Source: Camelus ferus
Lineage: Eukaryota
DNA: 64,000 bases
Assembly: GCF_009834535.1 (NCBI RefSeq)
Contig: NC_045724.1
Coordinates: 11,842,001 to 11,906,000, forward strand
Reading direction: 5' to 3'
Shown: one piece after another, positions 53,335 through 64,000 of the stretch
How positions within the stretch are numbered: the stretch's first letter is position 1
Layout of the letters: each line of letters opens with the position of its first letter
Notes under the pieces: generated by a model
Database searches by the model: none
What the model saw: the letters and a program-made list of their open reading frames with translations, nothing else
What the model was told of the DNA's origin: nothing
Position numbers and translations under genes: made by a program

Positions 53335-54330
53335 GAGGTGGAAAAATCAACTCAGACTAGCATAGGTAAAAATAATTTATCGGCTCACTTATTAGACCTC
53401 AAGAATGGCTAGATCCAGGGGTTCAAATGACATGACCAGGAGTGTCTTTCAGCTCTGCTTTTTTTTTTCTATGTTAGTTTCTTACTCCGTTTGGATAGAA
53501 AACTGGCCCCAACGAACTTTCATGGTGATTACGATCTCAGAAGGAGAGACCCACTTTCCCAGTAGGCGTATTAGTCCTCCAGAGTGGACTCTGAATGACC
53601 TTGCTTGAGTCCAAAGTCCACCACTGGGCCCACGGTTGTGTTTAAGGAAGATGGGATATTCTGATTGGCCCAGGCGACATCGCATTCCTCCCACTGACTG
53701 GAGAGTCAAGGCACTTGACTGACAGCGCCACCGAGTGCAGAAGAGACAGCCGCCCGAGGAAAAAAGTAATGGATATTCAGTACCAAATTGTGATGCAGTA
53801 CGAAGGATGATTTAGTGAGCTCTCCGATGCTGCGTGAAGAATTGGTGCGGCGTAGTAGCTACAAGCCCAGGCTTCAGGCCTGAATCCTTACTGTACTGTT
53901 CACTAGTCCTATGGCCGTAGACAAGTTCTCACTGAACCCTACTCTCTTCGTCTGTAAAACGGAGAAAATACTTACCAGATTACCAGGGTTCTTAGTTGCA
54001 AACAGGAATTCTCTCGACCTAGTTTAAGCAGAAAGAGATCAACTAAAGAGACACTAAGTGGCTCATAGGACCCCAGAGGATCTTGAGAAATGGGCTCTGG
54101 GGAGCATTTCCAGGAATACCTCCCACAATGATTCTTTCTCATTGACTTAATGGAGGCATTGCTGCCTCCATCCACCATTCTGTTTGCAGTGGTGTGGAAA
54201 TACCATCTACCCCAGAAACAGACTGCCTCCATTGGCAACCGTGATGGCAAAACAGAAGCCTCCCTACCCCACCCGTCTCTCTGCTCAGCTCGCTCCTGAA
54301 TCAAACTCTCCCAGGGGTGTGCCTGGTCAC
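53335..54330 (-). mobile_element. Two degraded MaLR-like LTR fragments (~53335-53720 and ~53975-54330)
   Basis: ggctagatccaggggttcaaatgacatg and cttagttgcaaacaggaa...gtttaagcagaaag motifs; family uncertain. Confidence 0.45.
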
Positions 54331-55284
54331 TGGAACCCTGCTTACATGCAGGGCGGCTTTACGGTGAGTGACCTGTGCAGGTAGGTGCACAGGGCTCCTC
54401 TCTCCCTTGCTTGGTTTAATGGTCTACTGTGGCTGCTGTCTTGAAATTCTTATTAATGTTATTTTTGAACTTGGTTTTGTGTGAGAAGTTTGATGGGGCA
54501 ATGGAGCATGTGCATGTGTGGAGGAGATGCACTGGGCGGCAGCGTGTACACACATGGGCTCAGCTGTGAGGGAAGTGTGTGCCCTGAGCAGTTGGCTTGG
54601 GTGCCCTGTGCCCACGTCTTCACCTGGGAGAGTCCCGGGCACCGTGAAGACTGGTGGTGGTGACTGCAGCAGACACGGCAAAAAAAGCAGCAACTATGGT
54701 GGCAGTGGCTGCTCCCTGGGAGAGGAAAAGAGCTCCCTATGGGGTAGGAAGCTGGGTTGTCTGCATTCCTGCAGCATTCATACAAATATTAACGCAGTGA
54801 ATCTAATCTCATTTAGATTCTCCATTCTGAGAGCCAGGATGGGAACTGCTGGTGCTTGGTAAGTTATTACAAAATAAAAGCCACACACACACAGACGTCA
54901 CAGTAAAGCACATTAGGAAATTATTAAATTCTTCAAATAATTTAAAATCTCCAGTTTTTAAAACTGCTGCCACATTGCAAAGTAAATAGCTACAGGGTTA
55001 GAGACAGAATTTAAAATTTTTTAATCGCCATATTTGATGGGAAAAAAACATTCTTTTCATACGAAGCTTTAGATGAACCAATTATTAACAAGGAAGGTAA
55101 TTTTATGATTAATTTTTCTTTGTGTTTGAGGATACAGTGACAGAATGTATAAACAGGCATGGTCTGAATTGTGCACAAATCATGAGACCACTTTCAGTTT
55201 CCTGTATGACCTCAACAAGTTATAGGAAGTATCAGAGGAAAACATCAAAATGTCATTGTATGTTTGCATTTAAAACCAAGTCCA

Positions 55285-55392
55285 GAGAGGTAGGGTATAG
55301 CTCAAGTGGTAGAGTGCATGCTTGGCATGCATGAGGCCCTGGGTTCAATTCCTCCACTACTTCCTCTAAAAAATATAATAAATAAATAAAAC
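55285..55392 (+). mobile_element. Camelid SINE nested in the MER45 element
   Basis: GGGTATAGCTCAAGTGGTAGAGTGCATGCTTGGCATGCATGAGGCCCTGGGTTCAATTCC plus A tail; degenerate TSD aaaaccaagtcca / aaaactaaattca. Confidence 0.88.
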
Positions 55393-55423
55393 AAAACTAA
55401 ATTCAGACTTACACAAAACTGAT

Positions 55424-55621
55424 TTGTATGAGGAGTTAAAGCTTTTTAGAAAATTTGTTTTGCAAGAATTGTCAACTCTAGATGTACTAAAATTTTTATT
55501 TCAAAATAATTTGTCAATTAATCCCAATGTTGTCAGAGACTATAAAATACTCTTAACAATTCCAATAAAAGTGGCATCAGCGAAGTCCTCAGAATTAAAA
55601 ATTATGAAAAGTTATTTGTGA
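55424..55621 (+). pseudogene. Remnant of a hAT transposase C-terminal dimerisation domain inside the MER45 element
   Basis: ...KILLTIPIKVASAKSSELKIMKSYL resembles the hAT motif LLTIPVTVASAERSFSKLKLIKNYL, with the ERSF core degraded. Confidence 0.75.
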
Positions 55622-57409
55622 TCTTACATTTGCTAACAGCAACTAACTTTATTTTGATTACATTGATTGAAATCATGTTGCCAAAAGCATGCATTTTGAG
55701 GATCTAATAAGTGAATCTTTAGAAAAACAATTTAGAAAAATCTAACGATCAGTTAAGATATCACATTAATAAAGCATTTTCTTGTGATGGTATTTAAAAT
55801 TATGGCACAAATTTTTTTTTTGCAATTTGTAAATTTATGTTGTTATTAATGTATCACTGTTCCCCATCATACATTTTATGAATAATAAAACATTCTTAAA
55901 GAAAAGTGGGTTATATTTTAGTGCCTTTAACTGTGCCTTTCCCTCCTACTTTTTACATAAGGGACCTCAGGTTTTTCCATTTTCACTGGGCCCCCCAAAT
56001 TCCGTGGCTGGCCCTGGTTATATGCCTGGGCTTCAGGTATAAGTGACGCTGGGAAGTACAGTTGGAGGGGTTCTACCTGGAGAAGGAGGGCTTCGTAAAG
56101 CAAGAAGCCAGCTAGTCAGGAAAGACAGCACATCAGCGCCTCCACCCACCTTGTTGGCGGCCAAGCCACTAACCATGCTCATTTTCTCTCTTGGTTTGGG
56201 TGGTCCCAGCAATGTCTGAAAGAAGATTAGATTCACTGCATTGACCCTGCCATTCCAAGGAAGGATCAGGAAATTCCTAAGGCCAGGGTGGTGTATCAGA
56301 CTGATACTGGCTGTCTTCTAGCTCTTCTAGCTCTAACTACACATGGCCCCTTGGCTCCAACTCAGTTTTCCCAGTGCCTCTGGACACCTGCCTGCCTCCC
56401 AGAAGTTATTTGTGTTCTTTGATGCTTTCTTAATGCTGTTTAACGCACAGGATGGGCAAATAGCAAATATTTACCTTTCTCAAAGCTAGGTCCCTGGAAA
56501 CTCTTTCTGATTTCAAAAGGTGAGTCATTTAGTCTCATGCCAATTTTATGTTGGCTGAATGACTGTGAATAGTCCTAGAATTCTCCTCTGCAAATATCCT
56601 GAAAGAAGAGGAAGAACAAGTTGTTCTGGATTGAGGAATGAACTTGAACCTGTAAATCAGAACGCTCCCTTCTAAGACTTGGCAAAGATGCATTTGTTGT
56701 CAGTGTTTGAGTCTTGCTTTTCTATGCTCCAAAAGACACCGTGAATACTTGTGTGTATGGATGGTACGTTTCCTAAAATTAATCTCTTTGTATCTCATTC
56801 TTGCCCAAAGATAGACCACTGAGCTCCCTGGGAAAGCCTGGTGGCTACAAAAGGGAAGAATTACCAGTCTTGCTCTGCTGGGAGGAGACCATTGAGACAT
56901 AATTTGTTAGTGTTTTAGAGATGGTTGAGGCCAATTTCTTCAATTTAGAGAGAGAACCCTTGGAGGTAGATTGGTGTTTCCTGGGTCCAGGGCTCATTTG
57001 CTTCTCCTCCATGCTGCTCCACTACTGCCAACACTGAAGAAACATGTGTCCAAGGGCAGCCAGCTAATGAGCTTAGGGTGCCATTCATCCTAGTGTGTGG
57101 TGACTTCTTGGCCTGGAGCTGTCACAGCAGAGAACATAAAGAAGGAAAATTCAAGACTAGAATGTAGCTGTTTAGATTTGCAACTGGAATATTGGAGTGG
57201 GGTGGAACAGGGATCGGTGTCAGAAAATTGCTTCAAACTAGGGTTGGGAAGATAAGAAAGTGTGTGCTATTTTTATGTAAGAGGGAAACAGAAAAGGCAT
57301 CTGACTCAGCATCCCAAGAAATCTGTGTACATGTATATACATGAGCGCATGTGTTTATGTAGATACACTTTAAGAGTGACCATTGTGGGATCACCCTGCT
57401 GGAAGAACT

Positions 57410-57600
57410 CCCAACTCCATCACTTAACTGGTGGAGCGCTCGGGGCAAATCAAGTCATGCATCAGATTCCTTAGTTATAAAGTTGGAGAATTTTAGTAGC
57501 AACGTCACAGGGATATTGCAAGGATTAAGTGAGGTCATCTATGCAAAGCACTTGGAACAGTGCCTGACTGTTGGGAAGTGCCCCATCAGTGTGTGCTGTT
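57410..57600 (+). mobile_element. MIR SINE
   Basis: gttataaagttggag...gggatattgcaaggattaagtgagg...gcaaagcacttggaacagtgcctg. Further MIR-like pieces at ~49560-49690, 61330-61440 and 62390-62570. Confidence 0.65.
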
Positions 57601-58965
57601 ACCACATCAGACAGATTCTATGAGCCATACTTTTCGAACTGTTGATTTTCTGGGATACCTCCCCACCAGGTGTGCTCACCCTCTGTACACAGAGCTAACA
57701 CCTTCCCATCCAGATGGCATGCCAGCCCTTTTGTGCTTAGAAAGGAACCAGCCCACCTAATGGGTCCCTTCCTTCATGGGGAGGCACCCAGCCCTTTTAC
57801 CCCCACCTCAAATGTGCCGCTGATGGCGGTTTACCAGCCAGTTTCCGCTCCCATTCCTAAATGAGAACGTGGTCTCCTTCCCCTAGCAAGGACTCATGTC
57901 TGAATTTTCCTATGAAATAAGTGAGATCTTAGAACTTGTTCCTCATAGTAGATGTTTTAAAATAAAAAATACCTTTTGTACAACTAGAACAAGAGCACTT
58001 CATTGAATAGAAGATTTTTATCCATTTGTAATATAGGGAAACCAACCTTGCTCCTTTCAAATCACTTTATCAGCGTCCCCAATTTCCTGGCTTTTGTGCT
58101 CTGGTAACTATAGCTATGGAAATGTCTTTAGGAATCCAGGCTGCTCTGAACTGACTGGACACCCAGAGTCCGGCCCTTCTGAGGCTCCAGATGGAGGTGG
58201 AACAGCAGAGGGTCACAGGATCTGGGGCTCGGTGGCTTCAGGAAAGATGCTAGCCCAAAGCAAGAGTTGACCTGATAGGTAACATAAGTAATGTCTGAAG
58301 GGGACAAAAGCCCATGTTGAAAGATGGGAGAGAACTTTCTAGTGGCTGGAGAAGCTACATGCTCTCATCATGGGCTGAAGCAGCAGGGGGCTGCTGTCCG
58401 GCTGTAGCTCACAGGGAAGAGTTGCTCCCACCGCCGCCTGCCTGGACTGAGGCCATGGAGGCCACCCAGAGGGGACCCTATACTTGGGCAGCCCCAAGAA
58501 GGTCCACATTTCTGGTCCAAAAAAAACACCTGCCTCCCACTGACCATTGCTTTTGGCAGGGCAGCACCACTAGGGAGACTGCATGTCCGCAGAGGTCTCT
58601 GGACTCAGGGTGAGTCTTTGGTGGGTCTACATAGGTGGGTGGGGTAGGGTTTAGGGTCATTGTGGAGGCTCGGGCCTGCCCTTATAGTGTGATGTGGCTT
58701 CCTCTGAGGTGGCTGGCCAGGTCTCAGTTTAAAGAACCCTGCTGTAGATTTGTGACATTCTGAGCTGATGATTTTGTAATATTGTTGCCTATCTTCTCAG
58801 CAGCTCACTTCCTCACTCCCTCACTCCCCCACACACTCATTCCAACACCTGCTTAACATCTGCCATGAGCCAGGCCTGTACTGAGTGACAGGAAGACGGA
58901 GAGGGGACAGTGCCCATCTTTAAACAGTCGGGGCAACTGGTAAGAAATCGTAAGTGGCTGGAAAT

Positions 58966-59414
58966 TGTGATGGTTACTTTTAAGTGTCAACTTGGCTAGA
59001 TTACCGCATCCAAGAATTTGGTCAAACAGTATTGTCAACGTGCTTGTGAAGGTTTTGTGGGTTTTTTTAGATGAAACTTAAATTAAATCCATAGACTCTG
59101 AGTAAAGCAGATTATCCTCCATAACGTGGGTGGGCCTCATCCAGTCAGCTGGTGGCCTTAATAGAAAAAGACTGACTTCTGTTCAAGATGGAATTCTGCC
59201 AGCTAATAGCCTCTGGACTTGAGCTGTAGCATCAACTCTTCCCTGGGTCTCCTGCAAAGTTTGGACTTGCCAGCCTTCATAATCACATGAGCCAATTCCT
59301 TAAAAACAATCTCTCTCTCTATTTTTTTTCTATTGTTTGTATATAAACAGTGTATGTATATATATATTTCATTCTATTGTTTCTGTTTCTGTTTCTCTGG
59401 AGAACTCTAATACA
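58966..59414 (+). mobile_element. ERVL solo LTR (MLT2-type) with 5-bp TSD
   Basis: TGTGATGGTTACTTTTAAGTGTCAACTTGGCTAG ... GTTTCTCTGGAGAACTCTAATACA; flanks gaaat / ggaat. Confidence 0.85.
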
Positions 59415-62312
59415 GGAATCTCTGTCTTATTGCCCTTGTGATGACTTTTGCATTTTATTAAACAATATTCATTGAGATTTTTTCTGATGATAAAATGCAC
59501 ATTGTAGAAAAATGTAGAAAATACAAATAGTGCCAAGATGGCCACTGCATACGCCTTGCTGAGAGCCCTTCTGTTTTCTATGCGTGTGTGGGTGTGTATA
59601 CCTAACAAAATGGGGATCAGCCATCTTCAACCTGGTTTTAGTAGCCTTAATTGTAAGTACTTTTAAAATGCCATTATAAAATATATGGAAAGATGTTTAG
59701 GGGCTGCCCACTAGTCTGTTTTTGTTGGAAATTTAGGTTGTTTCCTCTTTTCTGTTATTATAACTAGCTCTGCAAGGAGAGTTTTTGTGCATAAACCTAT
59801 GCCTGCCTCTCTGAATGTTTCCTTGGGGAAGATTCTGGGAAGGGAATTACTAAGAACTCTGGCCTCATAAATAAAAGGATTATGAAAAGTGCAAGGGGAA
59901 ATGCAGTAAGTTAAATGAATTGGGTTGCTGGGCTTATTTTAGCTGAGAAAATAAGAAACACCTGACCTCCTTTGGGGCTGAACTCATGGTCATCAATGTT
60001 ACTTAGGGGGACCGTGAGGCAGGGTGGACAGAGAACGGGATTAGGAGCCAGAGCTCAGGTTCTGGGCCCTCTGTGTTTCTCTTCACGGCCAGGAGCCCCT
60101 CGGCAAGGCTCCGACGGGTAAAGCGGGGCTGTAGCCACCGCCCCCGCCCTCCCCAGAAGAGGTGGTGAAGGGCCGCTGACGGAGTGCGTGGGAACGGCTC
60201 CCTCGCCCAGCCCGTCTTTCCTCCTTCTTCCTCGGCCTGGGTGGTGGGGCACTGCTTCCCCGGTGAAGTCTACTTCAAACTTTCCAAGGACGAGGCAGTA
60301 GCCTCTATTCTAATGCTTTCCCCAAGCTCTTCTCTGGCACATGGAATGTTGAATTATGATGATTTGTTTGTGCTTCTGTTCCTCCAGCTGAGTCGGAGTC
60401 TATTCAGCTTTTCTCCCCATTGGTGCGGCATGAAGGAGACGCCCGACTCATGTCAGTTTCTACAAGAAACTGTAAAGTGCTGAACGAACGTGACGTCATG
60501 AGTCCGTGAATCCAGAGTTATAGGGGTTTATCACAAGATAATCCGTTAATTGCCAATCACGTCAGATCAAATTACCTCTTAGCATCCTACTTTAGAGAAG
60601 AGATTCAAAGCTATCAGGGAAATTGATGAGTCATAGCATTTTTCAGTTAAAATTAGGGTCAGCTGTGAATAACAGATGATTTCCCCCCCCCCAAAAAAGT
60701 TAAACGAGATAGTAGTCTAATTATTTCTCATACATAAGAAGTCTGGAGCCAGGTAGTCCAGGGTTGATCTGATGATGACACTGTTACCAGAGATACAAAC
60801 CCCTGTCTCGTCTTACCCTCCTCCTTCCCTTGGATGTGCCTGCTTCTTCACGTCCAAGATGCCTGCTGCAATTTCAGCATCTCAGTCACTTCCCAAACAA
60901 CAAGATGGAAGATGGAAAGGGAGTGGGTGCAACTTCTATTACAGAACTTTCTGGAAACCCCACAGAACACTCTCGCTTACATCTTCTTGGCCAGAGCTTA
61001 GTCAGGTGGCCACACCAAATTGTTAGGGAACAGGGGCAATGTCCCCCTATAGCTGGGTACCAGTGCCCAGCTAAGAACCAGGACTCATTCATTTGAAAGA
61101 GAAGAAGATGCAAGTTTGATGGGCAGCTGGTCATCTCTGCCACACACTTGGTGGTACCTATTCCTACCTTCCACTCACTTCGGAAAGCAGTGATCCAGGT
61201 AAGTGGGAGAAATATAACAAAAATGTCACCCTTGGAGGAAAACACAATCTATTTCCTGAATCTTAGGCTCTAATATTTCAGAGACACAAAGCCGAAAGTT
61301 TTTTGACCTCAGACCAGTTGATGAAATTTCCTGTGCCTCAGTTTCCTCACTAGTAAAACAATACCTCCCTCAGAGGGTTGTTAGGAGGATTAAGTGAGTT
61401 AATAATATTTGTCAAGTCCCCAGCTGGCACTCAATAAACATGATTTAAGTGTGTGTTAAATAAATGAGCTGGGTTGGTTCAGTATTCCTTTGTGGGAGAA
61501 GAATGACTTTATTCCTATCGCTCGGCAACTTGTTCACGCAATGTGACTGATCTCCAGATACATGGGAACCAGACTTTATTGCTTCTCTTCTTTCCACCAA
61601 CCAGAAGAAATTCCATAAATGAAAGCATGTATGAGAACCAAATACACATAACCAAGCATCTCTCACAAGGGCTCGGATCCAATGCCCACTTAAGGAAGAA
61701 AAGGCTGCCTCCTTCCTAGGGTGCACACTTTATTCCCATCCTGGGGGGCTTTCCATATCTGAAGCGGAGAGGCTGATGATTCCAAGAGACCACTTTCTGA
61801 GAGTGTTGAACTGACTTCGTCAGTTGATGTCATTTGCAGGTGGGAAGCTTTTACCATCTGCTCCCAGTTCTTCCCAGCTGCTGGCGGAGAGGAATATTCA
61901 CTCATGGTTGCTTCTGCTCAGGTCATGAGGCCACAGAATGATTTTTTTCTTTGTCCTTACAAGGAAATCTTGAAAATTTTCTTCAGACAGGGAACCAAAA
62001 ATAGTGACAAGGAGGAAGGGTTGCCAAAGCTGTGTCCTTCTCTCCCCCCTTTACTACATTTATAGTAAAATCCTAAATCTATGGGAGCGATTTTGCACAT
62101 TCTGCCCACTAGACACTGTTTATCTCAAGGGGTAATTCATGCAGCATTTACTCCATAGCTCCCGGCATGTCGTATGTTTAAACAGCTACAGCGACTACTG
62201 CCCCTTTCTATTCATTTCTTATTTACCAGTAATTTTTCAGAACTTCACTCAACTGCTTTCTGTCTTTACCAAATTTCACGGGATTCCTGTAGTCTCTAAG
62301 AGACCCAGCATG

Positions 62313-62360
62313 GGATAAATGCTAAGTCGGATAAATGCTAAGTCATATAAATGCTAAATG
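62313..62360. repeat. 16-bp tandem repeat x3 (ggataaatgctaagtc)
   Basis: Two identical copies (62313-62328, 62329-62344) and one degenerate copy (62345-62360). Confidence 0.9.
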
Positions 62361-62698
62361 CAATGTCAGAGCACCCCGGGCTCTGAGGGCAGAAGACATG
62401 GGTTCAAGTTCTGGATCCACCACTGGCTTTGAACTTGGGGAAGTCAACTGTCTTATTTCCCCACTTAGGAAATGTAGGTGATGATACTGATGACGCCCCT
62501 TCCTTCCTCACAGAGCTATTGAGAAGGTCAAGTTGAATAACGCTGTAGAAGTACTCAAAAGCTCTATTTCAAAATAAGTTACATTTATGCTTTATGCATT
62601 TCCCTATGTGTATATTTCACCACAAATAAGGTTAACATAATTGAATCCAAAAAATGTAACTATGACAATTACAAATAATTGTTAAATTTGCCCAAAAG

Positions 62699-63056
62699 TA
62701 GAAAAGTACCATCTGAGATCACTCATATGTGAAATCTAAAAAAAAAGAACATAAATACAAAACAGAAACAGGCTCATAGACATAGAATACAAACTTGTGG
62801 TTGCCAAGGGGGAGGTGGGTAGGAAGAGATAGACTGGGAATTCAAAATCTGTAGATACTGACAGGCGTATGTAGAATAGATAAACAAGATTATACTGTAT
62901 AGCACAGGGAAATATATACAAGATCTTGTGGTAGCTCACAGCGAAAAAAAAAGTGACAATGAATATATATATGTTCATGTATGACTGAAAAATTGTGCTC
63001 TACACTGGAATTTGATACATTGTAAAATGACTATAACTCAAAAAAAACAGTTAAAA
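62699..63056 (+). mobile_element. 358-bp young camelid L1 3' end with perfect 15-bp TSD
   Basis: aaatttgcccaaaag at 62684-62698 and 63057-63071; TT|AAAT endonuclease-like site; A-rich tail. Confidence 0.92.
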
Positions 63057-63229
63057 AAATTTGCCCAAAAGGTGCATATTCAAATGTTAATCAGTACCCT
63101 TTTAAAATAAATAAATGTCAACACATTTGATACTTGATATACATGTATAGACAAGAGTACTAGACACTGGGGCCACCTGCCTCACGCTGCCAGCCACACT
63201 CACCTTTCTGTAGGAAGAACGCGCATTTG

Positions 63230-63889
63230 AAGTTACAGTAACTTGGGAGCACAGGTTATAAGATATTTATTAGATTCAGTGCCTTGTATAGTAAGTACTT
63301 CACTAGAAAGAGAATGCCATTTCTTACTCTCCTGCCTCCATTTCTAATGCCAAACCTGTTTTCTTTCCCCCCCACACTGACCACAGGGCAAGGTATAGGG
63401 GAAGCGCAGAGCCTCTGTGACCTCTCTGGGAGCCCAGTCCTCCATGTGTTCGCCAACTCAGAAGCTCCTTGAACCCCTTCAGTTAAGGTTTTTATGGAGG
63501 TTTCATTCCATAGACATGACTGATTCAATCATTAACCATTAGTGATTAACTCAGATTAGAGCCAGTCTGGGTGGCGGGTGCTGAAAGTTCCAACCCTCTA
63601 GTCACATGATTCATTCCCCTGGAAACCAGCCCTCCACCTACCCCACCCCCTCATCTTTAGGGGCTTTCCAAAAGTCACCTTATTAACATAAACTCAGAGG
63701 TGGTTGAAAGGGGCTTGCTATGAATAACAAAAGAGGCTCCTTTCATCTTTATCACTTCAGAACAACTTCAAGAACAAAAACCAAATCTTATAACAAAAGA
63801 TACTCCTTTCACCTTGATTGCTCTGGAGCTGCTTCAGGAGCCAGGGCTGAAGAACAAAATGTATACTTCTATTATATCACAATATCACA
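63230..63889 (-). mobile_element. ERVL-class LTR (MER21C-like); left boundary approximate
   Basis: Ends ...attatatcacaatatcaca (reverse complement of the MER21 start); gctgaaagttccaaccctcta and duplicated ataacaaaaga..ctcctttca motifs. Confidence 0.7.
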
Positions 63890-64000
63890 ATGGCAGAGTC
63901 CTTGTTTTCTAAAGGAAGGAAGGAAGGGGGAGGCAGGGAAGGAAAGAAGAAATTAATGAAGGAGAAACGGAAAGGTGAAAAAGAAAGTAGATAGGAGGGA

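Larger units (their letters stand above)
54349..56016 (+). mobile_element. MER45-family (MER45B/R-type) non-autonomous hAT-Tip100 DNA transposon, both ends present
   Basis: Terminal inverted repeats cagggcggctttacgg / ccgtggctggccctg; 8-bp TSD cttacatg (54341-54348) vs gttatatg (56017-56024); the ends resemble the recalled MER45 consensus. Confidence 0.8.

Noticed and set aside
53723-53739. Second CTCF-like motif (CAGCGCCACCGAGTGCA, minus orientation)
   Set aside because: Two mismatches, including the strongly preferred A of the AG core; too weak without ChIP data.

Overview
Mammalian genomic DNA, very probably a camelid (alpaca/llama/camel): it carries seven tRNA-Ala-like SINEs of the camelid Vic-1 type and camelid-type L1 3' ends. 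Two protein-coding genes lie in tandem on the + strand. RPL7 (60S ribosomal protein L7/uL30) has 7 exons at ~340-3045, with part of exon 6 hidden by N. The C8orf89 orthologue has 4 coding exons at 19733-27770 that splice to a 161-aa protein. This order matches human 8q21.11 (RDH10 <> RPL7 > C8orf89 > SBSPON; recalled synteny, and RDH10 and SBSPON are not in the window). A CpG island at ~7.3-8.3 kb looks like a distal C8orf89 promoter with two candidate first exons. The rest (28-64 kb) is intergenic and repeat-rich (L1, L2, MIR, MaLR/ERV LTRs, a full-length MER45-type hAT element). The main observations are: (1) a 6-aa insertion (KVVPAK) at the RPL7 N-terminus; (2) a CpG-island exon whose open frame splices in frame onto the C8orf89 ATG, implying a possible non-AUG-initiated N-terminal extension plus a uORF; (3) a tandem 21-bp duplication of an AP-1 site beside an ERV1 LTR; (4) a consensus CTCF site; (5) an inverted L1. 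I found no CRISPR array, prokaryotic-style system or clearly new multi-gene system. Repeat family names come from recalled consensus sequences, and repeat boundaries are approximate unless a target-site duplication (TSD) is given.
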